The notes beneath the pieces are model-generated. The model was not told the DNA's origin, searched no databases, and was given only the letters and a program-made list of their open reading frames with translations. The translations under genes were made by a program, and so were the position numbers. Positions 18,466 to 26,887 of a stretch of DNA of 42,804 nucleotides are shown here, piece by piece. Location: assembly GCA_007693605.1 (NCBI GenBank), contig REDG01000042.1, positions 1 to 42,804 of the forward strand, in the 5' to 3' direction. Source of the DNA: Bradymonadales bacterium (lineage in GTDB: Bacteria; Bdellovibrionota; UBA2394). Every line of letters begins with the position of its first letter. Within the stretch, counting starts at the first letter, position 1.

Positions 18466-18994
18466 CAAGATCGAGCTTGAGACGATTGCGAAGGTAATCG
18501 AGTCGCTAAACCACTACCAGGTATTGAAGCTTGATCCTATGGCGGGCGACGAAGAGATTCGAGAAGCCTTTCATAATGAGGCGATTTCATTCCACCCCGA
18601 TCAATATTTTTCAGAGAAGAACCCAGAGCTCTCTGAGCTGGCTAAGAAGATTTATTCAAGAGTCGTTGCTGCCTATCGAGAGCTCTCAAGCCCTGAACTG
18701 AGAGCGGCCTACGATAAAAAAATGAATATCAACTCAGGTCGGATCGAGAGCGCAGAGGAGCCCGTCGATGAAGATGCCATTACCTCTGTGAAGAGAAAGC
18801 CCACATGGGCCCAAAAAGGTCCTGGAGAAAAGTTTTTTCAACTGGCCGAAAAGGCCTACGCCTCAAGAGACCTTCGGTCGGCTCTAATGAATGTACAGAT
18901 CGCTCTCGGCTCGGAACCAGACAACCCTCAGTATCAAAGATTTCAAAAAGAACTCGAAAAACAGCTCCAAAAAAATACCAAGCTAAAGAAATAA
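18458..18994 (+). CDS. J-domain co-chaperone with C-terminal TPR-like helices
   Basis: NHYQVLKL...FHPDQY...AYRELS....RAAYD; overlaps the Hsp70 stop. Confidence 0.9.
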   Translation: MHSKIELETIAKVIESLNHYQVLKLDPMAGDEEIREAFHNEAISFHPDQYFSEKNPELSELAKKIYSRVVAAYRELSSPELRAAYDKKMNINSGRIESAEEPVDEDAITSVKRKPTWAQKGPGEKFFQLAEKAYASRDLRSALMNVQIALGSEPDNPQYQRFQKELEKQLQKNTKLKK

Positions 18995-19049
18995 TCCCAA
19001 GGGGTCGGGAGACGGAAGTGCCAGACTAGCGCTGGCGAAAAAACGGACC

Positions 19050-19673
19050 TTATTTTCTAGTCTGGCTCGTTTGTCTCCCGACCCCATACCGATGTAAACC
19101 CACAACCTGACCCAAAACTCGAAAGTCGGGATCGGTGACTTCCCAGGGGGAGTATCTGGGGTTCTCCGGCTTGAGCCAGATTTTTTTTCGTTTGTAAATG
19201 AGTCGCTTGACCGTGACCTCCCCCCACTCCATTCCGACGATAATCTCCCGATCTTGAGCTCGCTCTTTCTGTTTCACAATCACAAAGTCTCCGTCTTCGA
19301 TACCCGCCTCCGTCATACTATCCCCCCTGATTTTTAGCGCAAAATGTGGACCCCGAAATTCAGTGGGCAAGGCCAACTCTCCTTCATGAGCCTCATAGGC
19401 CTCTGAGGGAGGGCCTGCGGGTGCCGTTCCTAAAATTGGAATTCGCCGAAGCGGCGTCGCTTCAGAAAAACGATAGGAGCGACCCTCCTTCTGAAGATAG
19501 TCTTTGTCCACCAAGGCCCGAACCACATCCTGAGCGCTGCCCACAGCCCTCCATTCCATCTCTCGACAAATCTCTCGAAGGCTCGGCATTCTGCCCCGCT
19601 CTAAGAAGCTCTTCTTTAAATACCGATAGACGGCAAATTGGCTGGGTGACAAAGAACGAGAATCTGATACCAT
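19050..19673 (-). CDS. lexA: SOS repressor LexA
   Basis: Winged HTH (PSLREIC), Ala-Gly cleavage site (GTAPAGPP), GDSM catalytic Ser, VTVKR catalytic Lys; start placed at ATG 19673. Confidence 0.92.
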   Translation of the reverse strand: MVSDSRSLSPSQFAVYRYLKKSFLERGRMPSLREICREMEWRAVGSAQDVVRALVDKDYLQKEGRSYRFSEATPLRRIPILGTAPAGPPSEAYEAHEGELALPTEFRGPHFALKIRGDSMTEAGIEDGDFVIVKQKERAQDREIIVGMEWGEVTVKRLIYKRKKIWLKPENPRYSPWEVTDPDFRVLGQVVGLHRYGVGRQTSQTRK

Positions 19674-19688
19674 ACAAATGTATGGTAT
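19667..19688. promoter_or_regulatory. Palindrome ATACCATACA-AA-TGTATGGTAT: candidate LexA operator and bidirectional promoter core
   Basis: Perfect 10-bp arms between divergent lexA and imuA; each arm contains a TACCAT -10-like hexamer. Confidence 0.65.
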
Positions 19689-20227
19689 TTGAAGATCCCC
19701 CAAAAAAGCAAGCCCTTCTCTCTCTAAAAAAGTCTCGCTGCGCATTCACCCAATGGTCAGGAAGAGAAAGCGAAGGTCAAATTCGAGCCTGTCTCGAACA
19801 AATCCCCTCTAACAAACGACTTTGTTGGGTTCGATCCGATTGGCATATTTACGCCCCACTGCTCTGGACTCTGGCAGAAGATAAAGAAATTTTTTTAATC
19901 GGGATAGAAAGCCCAAAGGCTGCAAAAAGACGGCTTTTTTGGCAGGAACTCAGTCAGCTTGCTTTTTTTGATATCTGGGTTCTCGATCAGCTATCGATTT
20001 CGCAAGCCGAAGCTCTTTTCTTGAGAGCTCTTCTTCAACAACACCCCATTGAAGTTGTTTTTATTCAAAGCGCGAGCATCTCATTTTGTCAGAAGAAATT
20101 TGAGGTTCGACACTCACATCATCAACTGCGCGTTGAACAGAAAAAAGGGTCGGCGCCAAATATTCGCTATCGAGACAACCCCTATCTTCAATTTAGTAGA
20201 GAGAATTTTTATGTTCGCTCTCAGTGA
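19682..20227 (+). CDS. imuA: ImuA-like protein (degenerate RecA/SulA fold)
   Basis: First gene of the cassette; LCWV...IYAPLL...FFDIWVLD pattern. Assignment rests largely on synteny. Confidence 0.6.
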   Translation: MVFEDPPKKQALLSLKKSRCAFTQWSGRESEGQIRACLEQIPSNKRLCWVRSDWHIYAPLLWTLAEDKEIFLIGIESPKAAKRRLFWQELSQLAFFDIWVLDQLSISQAEALFLRALLQQHPIEVVFIQSASISFCQKKFEVRHSHHQLRVEQKKGSAPNIRYRDNPYLQFSRENFYVRSQ

Positions 20228-21341
20228 TGAGTTCAAAGACTTATCCCCTCAAGTGATGCGGTTTCGGCTCGTCTGGATCTATGACTGCACTGGCGTCTCT
20301 AATTTCTGGAAAAACAAAATTCGATCTGAAAAAGCGGTGCTTACTGAAGATTCTGCCTGGAAGTTGATTTGTAAATTCTATGGAATTCATTTATTCTCTT
20401 CACTTCAAGAATTAGAAAATCTTTCAAAAACTTATTTTGAAGAATTTAATCTTAAAGTCAGTCCCCAACAACAACTGAAAGTTTATACGCAGCTGCGCCG
20501 ACTGGGGCTCACAAAAGTGGGGCACCTCAAAAAAATCCCAGACGATCAAATCCAAAGGAGATGGGGCAAAGATTGGCTCAATTTTTTCAGAGGCGTCTTG
20601 GGCTCTCCGAAGGCCGTTTGGCCGTGGATTCCTCATCGAAAAATTAAAGAGTTTAGACTTAAAAAAGCCTTCGACTTTGGCGTTTGTGACAGCGCCATTC
20701 TCATTGAAGAGAGCTTAGAGCTTCTACTTCAACTCTCAAAGGAACAAAGCCAGATTCATCTGAGGCAAATCGATATTTTTCTGGGCTCTCAAGAAGAGGG
20801 TGCTGATTTTCATCTCCCGTTTCTTTTTCATTCTTCTCCCCTTCTAGCCCAGTCTTTTGATTGGCTGAAGAAGCTGTTTATTCTGAGGTTCTCACAAATT
20901 GAACTTTTAGCCCCTCTCTCACAAATAGAAATCAAGCTGCTTCCTGCTGAAGCTCCCAGAGCCCAGCAACTCCATCTTTTTCAGACAAAACCTGCCGCCG
21001 TCTCTGTTTCTGAAATCACAGAACGACTCTCAAGCTTGGGGGCAAAAATCTTCCAGCCCCAAGGGCTGCCCTCTCGACTACCAGAAAGATCTTGGCACAA
21101 GGTGGCGCCCAAAGAAAATTTTAAAATCTCGACCCCTCCACTCTACTACCCCCTCATTCAACATAGGCCCAAAGAGATTCCCCAACCAAGAGCAGAGCTG
21201 TATCTCGTCGAACAGCTTGTTGAATTTGAGGCTTCGGGTGAAGAACTGAGACGAGACTATTTTGTAGCTTTTATGAACGGGCGTTGGCGCTGGATCTTTA
21301 AAGATCAAACTCAGAAATGGTTTCAACAGGGCCTGATTTAG
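20211..21341 (+). CDS. imuB: ImuB-like inactive Y-family polymerase (divergent, N-terminally reduced)
   Basis: LRRLGLTKVGHL HhH-like segment, beta-clamp motif QLHLF, RLPERSW and RRDYF...WIF...WFQQG tail; lies directly before dnaE2. Confidence 0.72.
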   Translation: MFALSDEFKDLSPQVMRFRLVWIYDCTGVSNFWKNKIRSEKAVLTEDSAWKLICKFYGIHLFSSLQELENLSKTYFEEFNLKVSPQQQLKVYTQLRRLGLTKVGHLKKIPDDQIQRRWGKDWLNFFRGVLGSPKAVWPWIPHRKIKEFRLKKAFDFGVCDSAILIEESLELLLQLSKEQSQIHLRQIDIFLGSQEEGADFHLPFLFHSSPLLAQSFDWLKKLFILRFSQIELLAPLSQIEIKLLPAEAPRAQQLHLFQTKPAAVSVSEITERLSSLGAKIFQPQGLPSRLPERSWHKVAPKENFKISTPPLYYPLIQHRPKEIPQPRAELYLVEQLVEFEASGEELRRDYFVAFMNGRWRWIFKDQTQKWFQQGLI

Positions 21342-21359
21342 ACTCTCGGCTAAAACAAA

Positions 21360-24300
21360 ATGGATTCTCTTTATAAAAACTCTTTTTCTGAACTCTCTGC
21401 CAGAAGCTGCTTTTCATTTCTTCAGGCCGCCTCTCAACCTGAGGAACTGATTGAAGCTGCCGCTCAAAGCGGCTACCACTCTATTTTTTTGACAGATCGG
21501 AATGGGTTCTACGGGATGGTTCGAGCCTACGAGGCCTGTGAAAGAATTGGCCTCCCTTTCCGAGTTGGAGTTGAGCTTTGTATTGAAAACTCCGCCCTAC
21601 TTATTTTAGTAAAAGACCTCAAAGGCTATCGTCGAATCTGTCGACTCATTTCGGAGGGCTTTCGCCTGAAGGAGAAAAATCAGCTCCAAATCGATCGAGA
21701 GGCTCTTGAAAAGTGGGTCGATCCTCAACATCATTTTGTCGTATTGCCCCCGAGAAACTTTCCCTCTTTCGATCTTCTCGGGTTTTATCAAAACCACTTT
21801 CCCTTCTATCAGCTAGTGACTCGTCGGTTCGAATCGACCCAAGACGAAAAAATGAAAAAATGGCTACAGAATCTTTCAAAGGAGGTGCCCCTCGTTTGGA
21901 GTTGGGATGTTTTTTTTCATGATCCCTCTAGGTTCGAGCTCTTTCACTGCATGGAGGCGATTCGAAAAAATCAAAGACTCTCTGAGACGCTTGCTTCTGT
22001 GAACTCGAAGGCCTGTATTCAGCCTCTAAGTCTGCTGAAACAACTCTCTGTCCCTAAAGAGTGGGTTTATCGAAGTCGTGAAATATCAGAGTCTTGCTCT
22101 TTTCATCCCAAGGAAATCCAATATCACTACCCAAGGGAGTGGCTGCCCAAAGGGAAAACCCCCAGCCAGTTTTTAAGAGAGCTTTGCGAAAAAGCTCTCT
22201 GCGAGCGATACTCCAACGGAGAGCCGCCAAACACGAGAAAGCAACTTGAACACGAGCTTCAACTTCTTCAGGAGCTCCAGTATGAAGATTATTTTTTAAG
22301 CGTGTGGGATATTGTGAATTTTGCCAGATCTCGAGGCATTTTATGCCAAGGTCGAGGCTCTGCCGCAAATTCTCTGGTTTGCTATCTTTTAGGAATCACC
22401 AGTATCGATCCCGTACAAATGAATCTCTTGTTTGAAAGATTCGTCTCGAAAGAGAGAAATGAGGCGCCAGATATTGATATCGACTTTGAGCATGAGCGAA
22501 GAGAAGAGGTTATTCAATATGTCTACCGAAAATACGGACGGCACCGAGCGGGATTGGTCGCCACCCTAATCTGCTATCGAACAAAGTCAGCAATTCGCGA
22601 TATGGGAAAAGCCCTCGGATTCACACCAGAGATTTTAGACGAATTGAGCCGCAAGGCCCGCTGGCGAGAGCCTGTCTTAGAAACCAAGACAGAAGACAAG
22701 GGCTTGCAGCGACTTTTTCGACTCGCCAAAGAGCTTCGGGGATTTCCGAGGCATTTAGGACAACACACGGGCGGAATGATTATCTCACAAGACCGACTTG
22801 ATGAAATGAGCCCCATCGAACCCGCAAGAATGAAAGACCGAAGTATTGTTCAATGGGATAAATATGATGTTGAGAAACTCGGTCTTCTGAAAATTGATTT
22901 GCTTGGCCTGGGAATGCTGACCTGCCTTCGAAAAAGCTTTGAACTTCTTGAAAAGCACAAGATCGCAAAGCTTCGCCTCGACACCCTACCCGCAGACGAT
23001 CCGAAGACTTATCAAATGATTTCTCGATCTCAGACTGTGGGGCTTTTTCAAATTGAATCGAGAGCCCAAATGAGCATGCTTCCAAGACTTCAGCCCCGAT
23101 CTTTTTATGACCTTGTCATTGAAATCGCCATTGTTCGGCCAGGCCCAATTCAGGGCGGAATGGTTCATCCCTATCTTCGCCGCCGAATGGGGCTCGAATC
23201 GGTGTCTTATGCTCACCCTAAACTGAAGCCCATTCTTGAAAAGACTTTGGGAGTTCCAATTTTTCAAGAGCAGGTCATGAAAATGGCCATTGAAGTGGCC
23301 GGCTATAGTGCCGGTGAGGCCGATCAACTGAGGCGCGCGATGGGGGCCTGGAGAAAAAGAGGAGATTTGAGTAAGCATGCCGCTGACCTTCAACACCGTC
23401 TGGAAAAGAGCGGGATTGATCGAGAATTTTCGGAGCGAATCTGCCAACAAATCTTAGGCTTTGGAGAATACGGCTTTCCTGAATCTCACGCCGCCAGCTT
23501 TGCACTTTTAACCTATGCCTCTGCTTATTTAAAAGCACACTACCCTTCTGTTTATCTCTGCGCTCTTCTCAATTCACTTCCTATGGGCTTCTATCCTCCA
23601 CACAGCCTTCACTTCAGCTTTCGAAGAGAGGGCGTCAATATTCTACCCATCGATCTCTATCAGTCGGAATGGGATCATCGCATAGAAAAAAGGGTATCCT
23701 CTCTCGCCCTTCGACTCGGGTTTCGGGCAGTGAAGGGTCTTTCAAGAGAAGCTTGTCAGAGATTTCTTTTAGAAAGAGATCAAGGCCTCACTCCCCATTG
23801 CAAAACGGCAAACTCTCTTTCTGATTCAAACTCTAGTTTAAACGAAGAGCGAATGTCCCGACTCCTCGAACAGCATTTCGAGTCTGATGATCGTTCTGAA
23901 TTGGCTCTTCTTACAGGAAAAGATCGAAAGCAGTCTTACTGGAGCAGTCTTAAGCCGAAGTCTCCTCCTTTAATTTCTCAGAAGGAAATAAGCTTGAAGT
24001 GGAAGTCTCTGAGTGAGTGGGAACATCTTCTGCTTGATTTCGAGCTGATGGATAGCAGCCTTCAGGAGCATCCCGCAAAGATTTATAAAAAAGAGAAATG
24101 GAACTACCCCGTCTCTCTCTCAAAAATCAAGCTGGCCTCTCAACTGGAGAAGGAAAAGGCGGGAGTGGGCTTCTTCGTGTTTGGAATGATTCAGAGCCTG
24201 CAAAGCCCCCCGACCGCAAAGGGGATGGTCTTTCTCACACTCGAGGATGAAAGCGGATTTCTTAATTTGATTTTTGATCCCCCGACTTACAAAAATTTCA

Positions 24301-24488
24301 AAGCCGTTCTTCAAAAGTCTTGGGGAATTCTTGCCTTTGGAAGACTCCAGAAAACAAGCTCTTATACTTCCATAAAAGTTCAGAGCCTGATTGAGCCGAA
24401 GGCTCTTAATTGCGAAATAAGATCAAGCCGTGAGACAGATCGTAGGGTGACAAGCCCACGGTTACTCGGTCACCGGGCATCACCTTAA
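21360..24488 (+). CDS. dnaE2: Error-prone DNA polymerase III alpha DnaE2 (ImuC)
   Basis: GRGSAANS, PDIDIDFEH, FPRHLGQHTGG, KIDLLGLGML, YGFPESHAASF, TAKGMVFLTLEDE. Confidence 0.95.
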   Translation: MDSLYKNSFSELSARSCFSFLQAASQPEELIEAAAQSGYHSIFLTDRNGFYGMVRAYEACERIGLPFRVGVELCIENSALLILVKDLKGYRRICRLISEGFRLKEKNQLQIDREALEKWVDPQHHFVVLPPRNFPSFDLLGFYQNHFPFYQLVTRRFESTQDEKMKKWLQNLSKEVPLVWSWDVFFHDPSRFELFHCMEAIRKNQRLSETLASVNSKACIQPLSLLKQLSVPKEWVYRSREISESCSFHPKEIQYHYPREWLPKGKTPSQFLRELCEKALCERYSNGEPPNTRKQLEHELQLLQELQYEDYFLSVWDIVNFARSRGILCQGRGSAANSLVCYLLGITSIDPVQMNLLFERFVSKERNEAPDIDIDFEHERREEVIQYVYRKYGRHRAGLVATLICYRTKSAIRDMGKALGFTPEILDELSRKARWREPVLETKTEDKGLQRLFRLAKELRGFPRHLGQHTGGMIISQDRLDEMSPIEPARMKDRSIVQWDKYDVEKLGLLKIDLLGLGMLTCLRKSFELLEKHKIAKLRLDTLPADDPKTYQMISRSQTVGLFQIESRAQMSMLPRLQPRSFYDLVIEIAIVRPGPIQGGMVHPYLRRRMGLESVSYAHPKLKPILEKTLGVPIFQEQVMKMAIEVAGYSAGEADQLRRAMGAWRKRGDLSKHAADLQHRLEKSGIDREFSERICQQILGFGEYGFPESHAASFALLTYASAYLKAHYPSVYLCALLNSLPMGFYPPHSLHFSFRREGVNILPIDLYQSEWDHRIEKRVSSLALRLGFRAVKGLSREACQRFLLERDQGLTPHCKTANSLSDSNSSLNEERMSRLLEQHFESDDRSELALLTGKDRKQSYWSSLKPKSPPLISQKEISLKWKSLSEWEHLLLDFELMDSSLQEHPAKIYKKEKWNYPVSLSKIKLASQLEKEKAGVGFFVFGMIQSLQSPPTAKGMVFLTLEDESGFLNLIFDPPTYKNFKAVLQKSWGILAFGRLQKTSSYTSIKVQSLIEPKALNCEIRSSRETDRRVTSPRLLGHRASP

Positions 24489-24624
24489 TGCTAAACCGGC
24501 GCATTTTTCCACAAAGCTTTGCGTTCATCACGGTCTCATTCATATCGAGTTTCACTCGATAGATACCGCCAGCGGCCACTTCTTCGACCACTCCTTCTAC
24601 TTTTACTAAATCATCACGCGCCAT
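24406..24624 (-). CDS. infA: Translation initiation factor IF-1
   Basis: 72 aa: MARDDLVKVEGVV...GKMRRFSIKVMPGDRVTVGLSPYDLSHGLILFR. Confidence 0.95.
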   Translation of the reverse strand: MARDDLVKVEGVVEEVAAGGIYRVKLDMNETVMNAKLCGKMRRFSIKVMPGDRVTVGLSPYDLSHGLILFRN

Positions 24625-24701
24625 CTATACCCTATTCCTACAAAGCTTTTTAATGCCTTTCAAGCTGCAAAGCCGCCGACTTTCAGCTAAAAGCCAACAC
24701 A

Positions 24702-25361
24702 ATGCTTCCAACACTCTATTCCATCTTCTTTTCGATGGCTTTGACAAGCACTGCTTCGCTCGAAAGCGGAGATCTCATCTTTGTCAGCCTCGATTGTGGA
24801 TCAACTTGTCAGGCGATTGAATCGGTGACCCTGAAACAGTTCCAAGTCACTGCCCCTTCTCTTTCACATCTGGGCCTGATTGAAAAGAGCAATTCAGAAA
24901 TCTGGGTTTGGGAGGCCTGGCCAGGGCCTGGCGTACAAAGAATTCCACTTAAAGACTTTCTAGACCGACCCATTCAAGCCCCGAACACCCGGGTTCTTAA
25001 AATCCAAGATGAAATCAAAGCTCATCTTCCCAAACTCTTTGAGCAACTTAGAACATGGCAGACTAAAGCCTACGATCCTATTTTTGCCTGGACCGACTCC
25101 TCTTTTTATTGCTCGGAGCTCATCTTCAAAGCCTGGCGAGAGGTCGCGCCCGAGCTTCAGCTGTTTTCTGAAGCCGTTCTTCCGATGGATTTCGGATCTC
25201 CTCTTTCAAGTGAACGACTGGTTTGGAAACAGTATTTCGACCGATGGTATCTCAACATTCCGGCGGGTCGACCCGGCATCAGCCCCCTAGGAATTTACCT
25301 TTCTGCCAAAAAGAGCCCTTACTTTCAATCCAAGCCCTCTCTTGCCAACCACCCGAACTAA
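24702..25361 (+). CDS. YiiX/YebB-like permuted papain-like (NlpC/P60) amidase
   Basis: Signal peptide; GDLIF, SHLGL (His before Cys), YD..F...FYCSELI, ISP. Confidence 0.85.
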   Translation: MLPTLYSIFFSMALTSTASLESGDLIFVSLDCGSTCQAIESVTLKQFQVTAPSLSHLGLIEKSNSEIWVWEAWPGPGVQRIPLKDFLDRPIQAPNTRVLKIQDEIKAHLPKLFEQLRTWQTKAYDPIFAWTDSSFYCSELIFKAWREVAPELQLFSEAVLPMDFGSPLSSERLVWKQYFDRWYLNIPAGRPGISPLGIYLSAKKSPYFQSKPSLANHPN

Positions 25362-26684
25362 TCAAGCCGCAGCTCCCCGCCGAACCGCTTCAACGGCCTC
25401 TTCTAAACTAGAAAAACTCTTTTCATCGCCTGAGCGAAAGTCTTTGATCTTAAACTTCCCCGTTCGGAGCTCCTCTTCCCCCAGGAAGACGACCCAACGA
25501 TAATTCTTTTGAGAGGCATACTTGAGCTGACTCTTCATCTTCGCCTCGCCCACGAAGAGATCGACAGCAAGACCCCTTTTCTGAAACTCCCTTGCCACAG
25601 AAGTCACGGACCTTCGAAGGCTTTCCTCCATCACCGGAAAGAACACGGGCTGGTTCGTTTCGGACTCAGACTCAGACTCAAGAAGAAGCAGCAATCTCTC
25701 GAAGCCCAAACTTCCCCCCACGGCGGGTTGCGCCCTCTTCATAAAGCGACTGGTCAGATCATCATAGCGGCCCCCACCGCCCAGAGCGAAGTCCGTCCCC
25801 TGCTGCATCCACTCGAAGATCACTCCGGTGTAGTAGCCCATCCCCCTCACTAAGCTGAGATCAAACTCCACTTTATACTTGGCCTTTGAAAGATCTTGAA
25901 GCTGCTCTATCAATTTGAAGAGCGACTCCCCTGCACCCTGACTCCAAACGACAGCCTCCTCTAGCGACACTTTCTCGTGAAGCGCTCGTTCAAGATCCCT
26001 TGGCAAAGCTTTACCCAAAAGCTCTCGAAGCTCTTTTGCAAGCGCCTCTGTATCTTGCTTGTCCTTTTTATCCAGGATGATGGCGAACTCACCGAGCCGA
26101 TCACCAAAACCCCAAGCATTGGCGCAAGCCGCAAGCAAGCGGCGATCGCTGAGTCGCAATTCCAAACTAGAAACACCACAGGCCTCAAAAGCACCATAGA
26201 GGGCCTCGATTACCTCAAGCTCTGCCGCCTGAGAGGCAGTCCCAATCACATCCACATCACATTGATAAAACTCACGATAGCGAGCCTTTTGAGGCCTTTC
26301 AGCTCTCCAAACCGGCCCAAAGTGAAAAACCTTCCAGGGCAGAGGAATCTTGTCTGAGTACTCGGCCACCACCCGACAAAGGGGAACTGTTAAATCGAAA
26401 CGCAGACCCAAATCTGAAAGATCTGACTCTGAACACTTCTGCTCCAAGGCTCTCTCAAGTTTTTCACCCCGCTTGAGAGTCTTGAAAATGAGCTTCTCAT
26501 TCTCTTGACCCCCACTTCCCAAAAGAACTTCCAAGTTTTCGAGTGCTGGAGTCTCGAGAGATTCGAAACCAAAGGATCGATAAACCGACTCAATTTTTCG
26601 AATCAAGTCCGAGCGCTTTCGGCTTTCAGCGCCGAGAAAGTCTCGAAAGCCTGAAGCCGGTTTTGTAGAAAGGACTTTTCCCAT
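25362..26684 (-). CDS. hisS: Histidine--tRNA ligase
   Basis: GFRDF, LRFDLTVP, WRAERPQKARYREFYQCDVD, RGMGYYTG, GGGRYD, GFER. Confidence 0.97.
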   Translation of the reverse strand: MGKVLSTKPASGFRDFLGAESRKRSDLIRKIESVYRSFGFESLETPALENLEVLLGSGGQENEKLIFKTLKRGEKLERALEQKCSESDLSDLGLRFDLTVPLCRVVAEYSDKIPLPWKVFHFGPVWRAERPQKARYREFYQCDVDVIGTASQAAELEVIEALYGAFEACGVSSLELRLSDRRLLAACANAWGFGDRLGEFAIILDKKDKQDTEALAKELRELLGKALPRDLERALHEKVSLEEAVVWSQGAGESLFKLIEQLQDLSKAKYKVEFDLSLVRGMGYYTGVIFEWMQQGTDFALGGGGRYDDLTSRFMKRAQPAVGGSLGFERLLLLLESESESETNQPVFFPVMEESLRRSVTSVAREFQKRGLAVDLFVGEAKMKSQLKYASQKNYRWVVFLGEEELRTGKFKIKDFRSGDEKSFSSLEEAVEAVRRGAAA

Positions 26685-26761
26685 GCCTCAGACTCTAGCA
26701 AGAGCCCCCAGCCGACTCAATCGAGATTCGGGCAATGCAGATGGGCCCTTAGCGCTTCACG

Positions 26762-26885
26762 GGGAGTGGCGATAAGGGTCCAGATGCGAGAAGACAAGGA
26801 GCGAGCATCGCAGTGTGGTTATGATGCCACTCGAGAAGCGCAGCGACGCAGCCGCCAAAGTAGATGGGCCCTTAGCGACACTCCC
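26762..26885 (+). mobile_element. MITE/REP-like intergenic element, long copy, with an extra partial end at 26737-26754
   Basis: GGGAGTGGCGATAAGGGTCCAGATGC...GTAGATGGGCCCTTAGCGACACTCCC. Confidence 0.78.
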
Positions 26886-26887
26886 TA

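Noticed and set aside
19346..19681. N-terminal extension of the imuA ORF, and the lexA extension to 19745
   Set aside because: Each is antisense to the other gene's coding region; the symmetric ATGs at 19673 and 19682 fit better.
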